Assembly: GCA_050260515.1 (NCBI GenBank)
Contig: JBLNCI010000040.1
Location: 48,331-112,330, forward strand
Length of the DNA stretch: 64,000 bases
Direction of reading: 5' to 3'
Source of the DNA: Gemmatimonas sp.
GTDB lineage: Bacteria > Pseudomonadota > Alphaproteobacteria > SMXQ01
In this document: one piece after another, positions 44,499 to 53,456 of the stretch
Numbering within the stretch: the first letter of the stretch is position 1
Layout of the letters: each line of letters starts with the position of its first letter
Position numbers and translations under genes: made by a program
Notes under the pieces: generated by a model
What the model was told of the DNA's origin: nothing
Database searches by the model: none
Seen by the model: only the letters and a program-made list of their open reading frames with translations

Positions 44499-45506
44499 AT
44501 GGCGTTCAAACTCAAGGTCCCCGACACCTTCCTGTGGCTCACCGAGGCCGACGTCTGCAAGCTGATCGACCTCAAGGATTCGATCTCGGCGCTCGAGAAG
44601 GGCCTGATCATGGAGGCCGAGGGCAAGGCCGTGAACATGACCAAGACCCAGACCGTGTGGCCGGTCGGCTCGATGAACGTCACCGGCGCGCAGATGCTGG
44701 GCGACGGGCTGGTCGGCGCCAAGGTGTGGACCAACGCCAACACCCATGCCGCGCCGCTCATCATCCTGCACGGCTCCGAGGACGGTCAGATCCGCGCCAT
44801 CATCGAGGCGTTTGCGCTCGGCCAGATGCGCACCGCGGCGCTGTCGTCGACCGCCACCAAGTGGCTGTCGGACGAGAAGGCCGACACCATGGCGATCATG
44901 GGCTCGGGCCATCAGGCGCTGCCGCAGGTCTCGGCGGTGGTGAAGGTCCGCCCGATCAAGCACGTCAAGGTGTGGAGCCGCACGCCGGAGAACCGCGCCG
45001 CCTTCGTCGAGATGATCCGCAAGGCCTATCCGAACCTCAAGGTGACCGACTGCGCGACCACCGCCGAGGCGTGCAAGGACGCCCAGGTCATCACCAGCTT
45101 CACGCGCGCCAAGGAGCCGTTCGTGATGTCGGACATGGTCGCCAAGGGCACCCACATCAACGCCGGCGGCGCCATCATCCCGACCAACGCCGAGATCGAC
45201 CCCGCGATCTTCCCGCGCTGCGCCGTGGTCGCCTGTGACAATTTGCCGCAGGTCCAGAAGGGCTCGAAGGAACTCATGGATTTCGTGGCTTCGGGGAAGG
45301 GGAGCTGGGACAAGATCTACCCGCTCAACCAGGTCGTTTATAAGAAAATGACCCGTCCCAAGGACGCCGATCTCACCATATATAAGTTCATGGGATATGG
45401 TCTCGCCGACCTGGCTTCCGCCACCGAGATCTACAAGCGGGCGCTGGCGCAGGGCGTGGGCAAGCAATACCCCCACCCGAAGCGGTCCGAGCCCAAGCTG
45501 CTTTAG
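44499..45506 (+). CDS. Ornithine cyclodeaminase / mu-crystallin family NAD(P)-dependent enzyme
   Basis: 335 aa. It has a Rossmann motif MAIMGSGHQALPQV and the OCD-family architecture. Confidence 0.75.
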   Translation: MAFKLKVPDTFLWLTEADVCKLIDLKDSISALEKGLIMEAEGKAVNMTKTQTVWPVGSMNVTGAQMLGDGLVGAKVWTNANTHAAPLIILHGSEDGQIRAIIEAFALGQMRTAALSSTATKWLSDEKADTMAIMGSGHQALPQVSAVVKVRPIKHVKVWSRTPENRAAFVEMIRKAYPNLKVTDCATTAEACKDAQVITSFTRAKEPFVMSDMVAKGTHINAGGAIIPTNAEIDPAIFPRCAVVACDNLPQVQKGSKELMDFVASGKGSWDKIYPLNQVVYKKMTRPKDADLTIYKFMGYGLADLASATEIYKRALAQGVGKQYPHPKRSEPKLL

Positions 45507-45531
45507 TTCACCGTCCGAAAGGAGGACGACG

Positions 45532-46671
45532 ATGCCGTTCGATTTCAACCAGAAGTTCAAGATGGTCGACCAGTCCGGCCGCCAGACGTCGGACAACAAG
45601 GCCTGGGGAGATCACTCGCTGGAGCTGTGGGCGCCGCTCATCATCCGCAAGGAGGAGATCGACGCCGAGGTGAAGCGCCTGATGGCGCTGCCGCGCCCGA
45701 ACAACGGCGTGCGCCGGACGCAGTTCGTGCATCCGCAGTGCGAGCCGGGCCTCCTGTCGTTCGCGCCGGGCATCGGCGTGTCGCTCGACGTGCTGCTGCC
45801 GGGCGAGCGCACCAAGCCGGTGCGGCAGAACTCGTCGGTCGTCGACTTCTGCATCCAGGGCAAGGGGTCGAAGATCGTCAACGGCAAGCGCTTCGAGTTC
45901 GACCAGTACGACGTGCAGACGACGCCGGCGATGACGGTGCACGAGTACATGAACGAGTCGAACGAGCCGCACGTCCGGCTCCGCTACTCGAACGCACCGC
46001 TGCTCGAGCGCCTCAAGATCCACTGGGTCGACGAGGATCCGCCGGAGAAGCCGAAGGACGTCACCGAGGCGGTCTCCGAGGCCCACGAGAAGGGCAAGGA
46101 GATGCCGAAGAGCCCGTACGGCACCTTCCAGCTCACCGACGACGGCGCCTGGCTGATGCCGTACGAGGAGCTCATCAACCCGAAGCCGATCGCGATCGAC
46201 CCGCATTCGTGGCCGTGGAAGAAGGTCAAGGCCGAGCTCGACAAGCTTGCCGCGCTGGGCTCGTCGTACAAGGGCCGCCGCCTGTACCTGCTCTACGATC
46301 CGGCGACGGGCCGCACCAACGGCACCAACCCGAACTTCTTCTCGGCGATCACCATCCGGCCGCAGGGCATCGTCGACCGTCCGCACCGTCACGCGTCCGC
46401 CGCCATCAACTACTACTTCGGCGGCGAGGGGCACTCGGTGGTGCAGGGTCAGCGCCTCGACTGGAAGGCGGGCGACCTGATGTTCTCGGCGCCGGGCTGG
46501 GCGATCCACAACCACGCCACCGACGTCGGGCCGGTGTACGAGATGACGATTCAGGACATGCCGTTCTGCATCAACACCGACGCGCTGCTGTGGCAGGAGG
46601 ACCTGAAGGGCCCGATCTCGCTGCTCGGCTCCCACGCCGGCTTCGAGACCAACCGCCAGAAGGTCGCCTGA
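45532..46671 (+). CDS. Bicupin dioxygenase-like protein (gentisate / 1-hydroxy-2-naphthoate dioxygenase-like)
   Basis: 379 aa. It has an AGGAGG RBS and a cupin metal motif RPHRHASAAINYYFGGEGHS (HxH...E...H). Length and two-domain layout are consistent with bicupin ring-cleavage dioxygenases. Confidence 0.55.
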   Translation: MPFDFNQKFKMVDQSGRQTSDNKAWGDHSLELWAPLIIRKEEIDAEVKRLMALPRPNNGVRRTQFVHPQCEPGLLSFAPGIGVSLDVLLPGERTKPVRQNSSVVDFCIQGKGSKIVNGKRFEFDQYDVQTTPAMTVHEYMNESNEPHVRLRYSNAPLLERLKIHWVDEDPPEKPKDVTEAVSEAHEKGKEMPKSPYGTFQLTDDGAWLMPYEELINPKPIAIDPHSWPWKKVKAELDKLAALGSSYKGRRLYLLYDPATGRTNGTNPNFFSAITIRPQGIVDRPHRHASAAINYYFGGEGHSVVQGQRLDWKAGDLMFSAPGWAIHNHATDVGPVYEMTIQDMPFCINTDALLWQEDLKGPISLLGSHAGFETNRQKVA

Positions 46672-46785
46672 ACGAACGCCGCGCGAGCGGTTCACGACCA
46701 GGGGGAGCTAGCCTCCCCGCAAACTCCGGAGGGGGGCGAAAGCCCCCCTCTCGCCATACCCACTCCCGCTACAAGGTAAAAAGAC

Positions 46786-47694
46786 GTGATCAAGCTGAAG
46801 AAGGATTTCCTGCGCGGCTCGTACCCGCCGGTCGTCACTCCGTTCAAGAACGGCAAGGTGGACTACGACACGTTCGCCAAGCTCGTGAACTACATGATCA
46901 AGAACGGCACGCACGGCATCCTGGTGACGGGAACGACCGGCGAGCCGTCGACGCTCACCACCGACGAGCGCATCAACCTCTACCGCACCGCGGTCGAGGT
47001 GACCGACGGCCGGGTGCCGGTGGTCGCGGCGACCGGCTCGCAGTCCGAAGCCGAGACGATCGTGCTGTCGGAAGGCGCCGAGAAGGCGGGCGTCGACTCG
47101 CTGCTGATCGTGACCCCGTACTACGTGCGTCCGCCGCAGCGCGGTCTCGTCCAGTACTACAACAACATGTGCAAGCGCACGTCGCTCCCGGTGATGCTCT
47201 ATCACATCCCGGGCCGCACCGCGGTCGCGGTGACGCTCGATACCCTCGAGCAGATCGTCGAGAAGTCCGACAACTTCGTCGGCATCAAGCACGCGGTGAA
47301 CGACCTCGGGTTCGTCACCCACATGCTCGACAAGTTCGGCTTCGACTTCCGCGTGTTCGTTGGCCTCGAGGACCTGTCGTTCCCGATGCTGTGCGTCGGT
47401 GCCTGCGGCCTGATGAACGCCGTCGGCAACGTCGCGCCGAAGAAGGTCGCGCAGCTCTACGACAAGACCGCGGCGGGCGACATGGCCGGCGGCCGCAAGC
47501 TCCACTTCGAGCTGATGGAGCTGAACGAGGCGGTGTTCTACGACACGAACCCGATCGCGATTAAGTACATCATGATGAAGATGGGCCTGCTCGCGAAGAA
47601 CGAGCACCGTCTGCCGATGGCGCCGGCGACCGACGAGGTCGCGAAGCGCCTCGACGGCGTCATGCAGCGCGCGGGCCTCAAGGCCAAGCGCTGA
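46786..47694 (+). CDS. Dihydrodipicolinate synthase/N-acetylneuraminate lyase family protein (aldolase, hydratase-aldolase or deaminase)
   Basis: GTG start, 302 aa. Contains GILVTGTTGE...the Schiff-base Lys region FVGIKHAVND and the Y-x-x-P motif. Confidence 0.75.
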   Translation: MIKLKKDFLRGSYPPVVTPFKNGKVDYDTFAKLVNYMIKNGTHGILVTGTTGEPSTLTTDERINLYRTAVEVTDGRVPVVAATGSQSEAETIVLSEGAEKAGVDSLLIVTPYYVRPPQRGLVQYYNNMCKRTSLPVMLYHIPGRTAVAVTLDTLEQIVEKSDNFVGIKHAVNDLGFVTHMLDKFGFDFRVFVGLEDLSFPMLCVGACGLMNAVGNVAPKKVAQLYDKTAAGDMAGGRKLHFELMELNEAVFYDTNPIAIKYIMMKMGLLAKNEHRLPMAPATDEVAKRLDGVMQRAGLKAKR

Positions 47695-47729
47695 TCGCCA
47701 CCGCGGTTGCGATACATCTTGCGATACGA

Positions 47730-47763
47730 GGGCCCGGCGGAAACGCCGGGCCCTTTGCATTTG
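47730..47763 (+). terminator. Rho-independent terminator closing the 42997-47694 operon
   Basis: GGGCCCGGCGGAAACGCCGGGCCC followed by TTTGCATTT. Confidence 0.7.
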
Positions 47764-47817
47764 GTGCTATCCGTCGCCGAGATGCTGGGCGGCATCGGCG
47801 AGCAGCGGTAACGCGGC

Positions 47818-48414
47818 TCACGCCCGCGTCAGCGCGGTCCAATAGGCGTCGGCCTGGGCACGTCGCGCGGTGACAGTAGGCGCCAGCTCGCCGCTCGCGA
47901 CGCCGGTGCCCGCAGCGAGATCGGCGATGACCAGCAGGACCTCGCTCGCGGAGGCGACGAATCCGTCGTAGGCATCGGGCGGCACGTCGTCGTAGCGCGG
48001 CAGCAGGCGAGCCTGAGTTGCGTCCCACGCCTCGCGAATGAGCTGGAGCGACGGGTTGTCGCGAAGCGCCGCCCAGCGTTCGGCCGACGAGCGCAGACGC
48101 GCGCCGTCGCCCGTAGCTGCCACGTCGGCGAACGTTGCTGCGTCAGACAACGCGATGAACACCGGCGCGAGGCTCGCCGCGGCATCGCGCCGCGGATCGG
48201 TGAGGCGCAGGACGGCGTTGATCAGCCGCTCGACCGCCGCGGCGTGAACGACGGCGGCGATGGGGGCCGATTCCGGCGCCAGCCGGGTCGATCCCGCCCG
48301 CGCGTGGCCGAGCTCGAAATACGAGAGCAGCGCCGCGATCTCGCCCACGGCCGCATGGGCGGCGCGCGCGACGCCGATGATCTGTTGAGCGGTGTTCACG
48401 TGAGCGGGATTCAC
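47818..48414 (-). CDS. Hypothetical alpha-helical protein
   Basis: A GTG start is preceded by GGAGG (VNPAHVNTAQQI...). About 198 aa with no recognisable motif. The longer ORF to 48510 lacks an RBS. Confidence 0.4.
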   Translation of the reverse strand: MNPAHVNTAQQIIGVARAAHAAVGEIAALLSYFELGHARAGSTRLAPESAPIAAVVHAAAVERLINAVLRLTDPRRDAAASLAPVFIALSDAATFADVAATGDGARLRSSAERWAALRDNPSLQLIREAWDATQARLLPRYDDVPPDAYDGFVASASEVLLVIADLAAGTGVASGELAPTVTARRAQADAYWTALTRA

Positions 48415-48559
48415 GAGTCGCGCCTCCGGGCCGTTCCCTCCGCGAGTGTCGCTGCGACAATAACGGTCCGGCGGCGGCCGCAGAAGCGAAGCTTGGCACT
48501 TTTTGCTCACGTGAAGGCCACCGGCAGTGCGCTCCTATACTGCGGGCAGGAGAGGGGAC

Positions 48560-49222
48560 ATGTCCGCCTGCAGTCGCACCCGGCACCGCTTTGGCATTTC
48601 CGCGCTGATCGCGCTCGCCGCGATCGTCGTCCTGGCGCTGCCGACGCGCGCCCAACAGGCGGCCGACGATGCGACGGTGGTCATCGATCCCGCCGACGGC
48701 CAGCGGGAGCTCGCGATGAAGCTGTTCCCGGGCCTGCTCGAGATGGGGCTCGACGTGACGCCGAGCGACGATCAGGTGCGCAGCGTCCTGGCCGCGGTGA
48801 ACGCGCTCCGCCGCCAGGACAACCAGCGGCAGTTCGCGCAGCTCGACGCCGACGCCGCGGCCTACGTCGAGGGCAAGCTCGCCGCCTATCGCACCCAGCA
48901 CCAGCTCACGCTCCGCATCCAGGGCGCGCTCGACGCGCTCGGCTTCTCGCCCGGACCGCTCGACGGTATCTACGGCCCCCTGACGACCGACGCGGTGCGC
49001 CGCTACCAGCGCAGCACCGGGCTGTCGCCGTCGGGTCAGCTCACCGCCGAGCAGGTCGATGCCCTCGAGATGCGGAGCATCGACCGCATCATGCGGCCGC
49101 CGGAGACCGCGACGTCCGGCGCGACTGGCCCCGCCGCCGACAACGGCGACGCGATGGTCGCTGCGCCGGCGGCCAACGCCCCCGAGATCGATCCCGACCT
49201 CCTCGATTACATCGGCCGCTGA
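48560..49222 (+). CDS. Secreted protein with peptidoglycan-binding (PG_binding_1) domain
   Basis: MSACSRTRHRFGISALIALAAIVVLALPTRAQQA is a signal peptide. IQGALDALGFSPGPLDGIYGPLTTDAVRRYQRSTGLSPSGQLTAEQ is a PG-binding-1 repeat. Confidence 0.6.
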   Translation: MSACSRTRHRFGISALIALAAIVVLALPTRAQQAADDATVVIDPADGQRELAMKLFPGLLEMGLDVTPSDDQVRSVLAAVNALRRQDNQRQFAQLDADAAAYVEGKLAAYRTQHQLTLRIQGALDALGFSPGPLDGIYGPLTTDAVRRYQRSTGLSPSGQLTAEQVDALEMRSIDRIMRPPETATSGATGPAADNGDAMVAAPAANAPEIDPDLLDYIGR

Positions 49223-49284
49223 CCGGCCCCGCGCCGTGTGCTACACGAGCGCGGGATGAATCGAAGCACCGGAGACAACCGGCG

Positions 49285-50031
49285 ATGACGGGATCCGCGC
49301 CGCGGGTGGACGCGGCCGCCTACGACAAGCGCCTCGCGATCATCGTTCCCTACCGCGACCGCCAGGAGCACGTGCAGATGTTCCTGCCGCACATCGTCGC
49401 GTACTTCGCCCGCGACAAGCTCGATCGCTACATCGATTACGCCATCCACATCGTCGAGCAGGCGCCGGGCAAGCCGTTCAATCGCGGCCTGTTGCTGAAC
49501 GCGGGCTTCCAGATCGCCCGCGACTCCTGCGATTACGTGTGCTTCCACGACGTCGACTACCTGCCGCTATGGGCGGACTACAGCTATCCGGCGTCGCCCA
49601 CCCGCCTGATCTGGCACGGCCTCACGATGAAGGAGGACTACGGCGGCTTTTTCGGGGGCGTCGTGCTGTTCCCCAACGAGCACTTCGCGAAGGTCAACGG
49701 CTACAGCAACGGCTACTGGGGATGGGGCGCCGAAGATACGGAACTCGGGCTCCGGTGCGACATCAGCGGTCTGCCGCGCGCGAACCGCGACGGCACCTAC
49801 CGCGCGCTGCCACACCCGAACGCCGGCAACAATCCCGACCGGACGCTGACGCCGGAGGCGGTCGCCAACCGGCAACGATTCAGGGAACGCCGGGACCGGC
49901 TGGCCGAGCTGATGACCGGAGACGGCTTGTCGAGCGCGGAGTTCCGTATCGCGGAGACGACCGAGGTCTCGACCGCCGGCCTGCCGGAGCCCCCGAGAGG
50001 TCCGATCCGCCGCTATCTCGTCGAGGTGTAG
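49285..50031 (+). CDS. Galactosyltransferase-like glycosyltransferase (beta-1,4-GalT / GT7-like fold)
   Basis: 248 aa with a GGAGA RBS. Contains LAIIVPYRDRQEHVQMFL...FNRGLLLNAGF...FHDVDYLP...WGWGAEDTEL, matching the conserved blocks of the beta4GalT N/C domains. The ORF extension from 48244 is an artefact. Confidence 0.6.
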   Translation: MTGSAPRVDAAAYDKRLAIIVPYRDRQEHVQMFLPHIVAYFARDKLDRYIDYAIHIVEQAPGKPFNRGLLLNAGFQIARDSCDYVCFHDVDYLPLWADYSYPASPTRLIWHGLTMKEDYGGFFGGVVLFPNEHFAKVNGYSNGYWGWGAEDTELGLRCDISGLPRANRDGTYRALPHPNAGNNPDRTLTPEAVANRQRFRERRDRLAELMTGDGLSSAEFRIAETTEVSTAGLPEPPRGPIRRYLVEV

Positions 50032-50050
50032 ACGGTCGACGTCTGACGCG

Positions 50051-51274
50051 TCAGGCGCGGCGGCTGCGGCTCTCGATGTGGGGCAGGAACGCCGCGAGCA
50101 GCCCGATCGCCGGCAGGTACGAGCAGACGTCGTAGACGAACTCGATGCTGGTCGCGTCGGCGAGCCAGCCCAGCACGGCGGCGCCGATGCCGCCCATGCC
50201 GAAGGCGAGGCCGAAGAACAGCCCCGAGATCGCGCCGACCTTTCCCGGCACCAGCTCCTGGGCGTAGACCACCATGGTCGAGAACGCCGAGGCCAGGATC
50301 AGGCCGACGGGCACGCTCAGCACCGCGGTCCAGAACAGGTTGGCGTAGGGGAGGGCGAGCGTGAACGGCAGCGCGCCCAGGATCGAGAACCAGATCACGT
50401 GCTTGCGACCGAAGCGGTCGCCGATCGGCCCGCCGGCGATGGTCCCGACCGCGACGGCCGCGAGGAACACGAACAGGTAGAGCTGGGACGCCTGGACGCT
50501 GACCCCGAACTTGTGGATCAGGTAGAACGTGTAGTAGCTCGACAGGCTCGCGAGATAGAAGAACTTCGAGAACATCAGCGCGATCAGGATCGCGAGCGCA
50601 CCGGCCACGCGTCCGCGCGGCAGCGTCGGGGCCTCGACGGCCGCCGGCCGTTTCGCGGCGGCGCGGCGATGGGCGCGGTACCACGTCCCGACGTGCCACA
50701 GGATGACGATGCCGAGCAGCGCGAGCGCCGAGAACCACGACACGCTCGCCTGTCCGTCGGCGAACACGACGAACGCGGCGAGCAGCGGACCGATGGCCGA
50801 GCCGAGATTGCCGCCGACCTGGAACACCGACTGCGCGAAGCCGTGGCGTCCGCCGGAGGCGAGCCGGGCGACGCGCGAGGATTCGGGATGGAAGATCGAC
50901 GAGCCGATCCCCATCATCGCCGCCGCGGCGAGCAGCACGTGGTAGCCCGGCGCGAACGCGAGCAGCAGCAGCCCCGCCATGGTGAACGTCATGCCGACGG
51001 CGAGCGCGTAGCTTTTCGGACGATGGTCGGTGTAGAGCCCGACGAGCGGCTGCAGCACCGACGCGGTGAGCTGGTAGGTGAGGGTCAGGAGTCCGATCTG
51101 GCCGAAGTCGAGCGCGAAGCTCTGCTTCAGCATCGGGTAGATCGCCGGCAGCAGCGCCTGCAGCGAATCGTTCAGCAGGTGGCAGAAGCTGATCGCGAAC
51201 AGGATTCGGACGACGGTGCCGTCGCTCCGCGTCGCCGCCGCTGTCTTGCCGCTGTCGTGGGTGATGTCCGTCAC
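50051..51274 (-). CDS. MFS transporter
   Basis: GTG start (VTDITHDSGK...). 407 aa with 12 predicted TM helices and an MFS signature region GLYTDHRPKSYALAVG. Confidence 0.7.
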   Translation of the reverse strand: MTDITHDSGKTAAATRSDGTVVRILFAISFCHLLNDSLQALLPAIYPMLKQSFALDFGQIGLLTLTYQLTASVLQPLVGLYTDHRPKSYALAVGMTFTMAGLLLLAFAPGYHVLLAAAAMMGIGSSIFHPESSRVARLASGGRHGFAQSVFQVGGNLGSAIGPLLAAFVVFADGQASVSWFSALALLGIVILWHVGTWYRAHRRAAAKRPAAVEAPTLPRGRVAGALAILIALMFSKFFYLASLSSYYTFYLIHKFGVSVQASQLYLFVFLAAVAVGTIAGGPIGDRFGRKHVIWFSILGALPFTLALPYANLFWTAVLSVPVGLILASAFSTMVVYAQELVPGKVGAISGLFFGLAFGMGGIGAAVLGWLADATSIEFVYDVCSYLPAIGLLAAFLPHIESRSRRA

Positions 51275-51442
51275 GCGTCGCTCCGGCCGAAACGAAACCC
51301 GCGCGGGGTTTCGCCGCGCGGGGGTGACGTTATAGGGGAAACGGGCCGCGTGCGGCAGTGACGAAACCCGCGCCGCGCGCAACTCTGCTATCCGCGACCC
51401 TGGCATCCGCTGCGGCCGCGCTCCGCCCGGCCGCAGGGGCCG

Positions 51443-51952
51443 TCAGAACGGGTAGACGATGGTCGCCGGGACGATCTCGGAGTCGTAGATGCAGAGCCGC
51501 TGGCGCAGCTTGAGCTGCTTGCCCTCGTAGACGAACTCATCGAGGTAGCGGCCGACGCTGAGGATTCGGGTGACGTCGGTCGGGATCGTCTCGACGACCA
51601 TGTAGTTGGCCTCGGCGCGGATCACGCCCTCGTTCACGCCGAGGACGCGGATGTTCGAGATGAAGTGCCGCAGGTAGCGCGGCCGCGCCACGGTCGTCTT
51701 GGTGATGGCGACGGTGCGGTCGACGAGACCGCCGCGGCCCTCGGCGAAGATCGTCGCCAGCGGCAGGTTCTGGTCCCAGTTCTCGCGGGCGATGACCTTG
51801 TAGACCGCATCCTCGGTGAAGAAGTCCGGCCACAGCATGATGTCGCCGTCGTCGATGCACGCGGCGTAGGCGCTGTTGAAGTCGTAGATGTCGGCGCGGA
51901 GAGCGCGCGCGTCGAGCGGCTTCGTCATCGTCTTGGTGTCCATGATGTCCAT
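51443..51952 (-). CDS. Rieske-type ring-hydroxylating dioxygenase beta subunit
   Basis: 169 aa, MDIMDTKTMTKPLD.... It has a SnoaL-like small-subunit fold and sits immediately downstream of the alpha subunit. Confidence 0.75.
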   Translation of the reverse strand: MDIMDTKTMTKPLDARALRADIYDFNSAYAACIDDGDIMLWPDFFTEDAVYKVIARENWDQNLPLATIFAEGRGGLVDRTVAITKTTVARPRYLRHFISNIRVLGVNEGVIRAEANYMVVETIPTDVTRILSVGRYLDEFVYEGKQLKLRQRLCIYDSEIVPATIVYPF

Positions 51953-51978
51953 CTGTCGTGCCGCGTGGTTCGTGCCGC

Positions 51979-53238
51979 TTACAGGCCCATGATCTTGCGA
52001 TAGCCGCTGTAGAAGCCGCGGATCATCGACTCGGTCACCATGTGGTCGGTGTCCTCGAAGTCGCGTCCGCCCATCTCCACGACGGCTTTTGCCTCGGGGT
52101 AGTTGGCGACGCCGAACTGCGTCGCCTCCATGACCTCGCTGTCGTCGGCGGAGACGAAGCCGGCCGGACCCATCAGGTTGGCCTGGCGCAGGCGCTTCAT
52201 GGTCATCTCCTCCGACTCGTCGGCGTAGCCGAAGAACGTCCAGTGGAGCTCGAACTCCTGCGGACTCACGGTCTGGATCTGGCGCATCGCGAGCGTGTTC
52301 GACTGCTGCTGGATGATCAGGTTCGGCCAGATCGTCTGCATGACGACGGTGGCGTCGCCCGGGAACTCCTTCTCGGGCTGCAGCATGTTGGGGTTGGCGA
52401 GCTTGAGATGCGCGATGTTCTGGCGGATGTCCTCGGTGCCCTCGTCGTGCTTCTGCTCGCCGCGCTGCGAGATCTGCACACCGTGCAGCCCGGTGCCATC
52501 GAGCTGCACCTTCGACGGGTTGTCGGCGCGGAACAGGCTGAACGAGACCAGGAACACGTGCATCAGCGACGCGTGGTACGGGTCCTTGATGTTCTCGAAC
52601 ATCAGCTTCCAGTTCGAGCGCAGGCGCTGACGCTCGTAGCCGAGGACCTTCAGCGGACGGCCGTTGAACACCCGGTTCACCCAGTGGAGCATCTTCGGCC
52701 CGAGGTACTCCTCGAACGACGGCATGCCGTGATCGAACGAGGCGAAGATCGTGCCGTTGTAGGTCGCGACCTTCAGCTCCTGCAGCCGATGCTCCTTCAT
52801 GTCGAAGTCCTTCGGCATGCCGCCGTGCTTCTTGAGCCCGCGGCGGAACGGGATGGCGATGGTCTCGCCCTTCAGGTTGTAGGTCCACTGGTGGTACGGG
52901 CAGATGAACTCGGTCTTGCCCTTGCCGTGGGTCTCGTAACAGAACTGCACGCCGCGGTGGGCGCAGCGGTTCGCGAACACGCGCACCTGGCCGGTCTCGT
53001 CGCGGGTGTAGATGACCGGCTTGGAGCCGATCTTGGTGGCGCGGAAATCGCCGGTGTTCGGGATCTCGCACTCGAAGCCGATGAAGCTGTAGGCGGAGCC
53101 GCCGAACACGACCTCCTGCTCGCGCGCGTAGATCTCGGGCGCGGAGTACACCCAGTAGGGGACGCGGGTGTATCCCTCCTCAGGCCAGGTGAAGTTCAGC
53201 GGCGAATTCTTCAGTTGGGTGGCCATGGCTCTTCCCAT
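51979..53238 (-). CDS. Rieske non-haem iron oxygenase alpha subunit
   Basis: 419 aa. The Rieske motif is CAHRGVQFCYETHGKGKTEFICPYHQW. The mononuclear Fe motif is DPYHASLMH (D-x2-H-x4-H) in the catalytic domain. Confidence 0.85.
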   Translation of the reverse strand: MGRAMATQLKNSPLNFTWPEEGYTRVPYWVYSAPEIYAREQEVVFGGSAYSFIGFECEIPNTGDFRATKIGSKPVIYTRDETGQVRVFANRCAHRGVQFCYETHGKGKTEFICPYHQWTYNLKGETIAIPFRRGLKKHGGMPKDFDMKEHRLQELKVATYNGTIFASFDHGMPSFEEYLGPKMLHWVNRVFNGRPLKVLGYERQRLRSNWKLMFENIKDPYHASLMHVFLVSFSLFRADNPSKVQLDGTGLHGVQISQRGEQKHDEGTEDIRQNIAHLKLANPNMLQPEKEFPGDATVVMQTIWPNLIIQQQSNTLAMRQIQTVSPQEFELHWTFFGYADESEEMTMKRLRQANLMGPAGFVSADDSEVMEATQFGVANYPEAKAVVEMGGRDFEDTDHMVTESMIRGFYSGYRKIMGL

Positions 53239-53291
53239 GCGAACGAGTGGGCGGTGCAGCTCGGGCCCGTTTCGACCCGGGGCGAGTCCGT

Positions 53292-53317
53292 CTCACATAT
53301 GGGACTCACATATGGGA
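53292..53317. promoter_or_regulatory. Perfect tandem 13-bp direct repeat CTCACATATGGGA x2 in the promoter region of the Rieske oxygenase operon
   Basis: It lies in the locally AT-richer 218-bp gap upstream of the alpha-subunit start (53238). Each unit contains the palindrome CATATG. Confidence 0.4.
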
Positions 53318-53456
53318 ACGGACAGGCACTATGCCGCCGCGAACGGCCGTTTGCTTTGATCTAGGGCATGGCGGTCGCGGCCGGCGAATAAAGGATAGAT
53401 ATCAAAGTATTTTGCCGGGTTCAAGGGGCCTTCGGTCGCGACCGACCCCGGATGCG

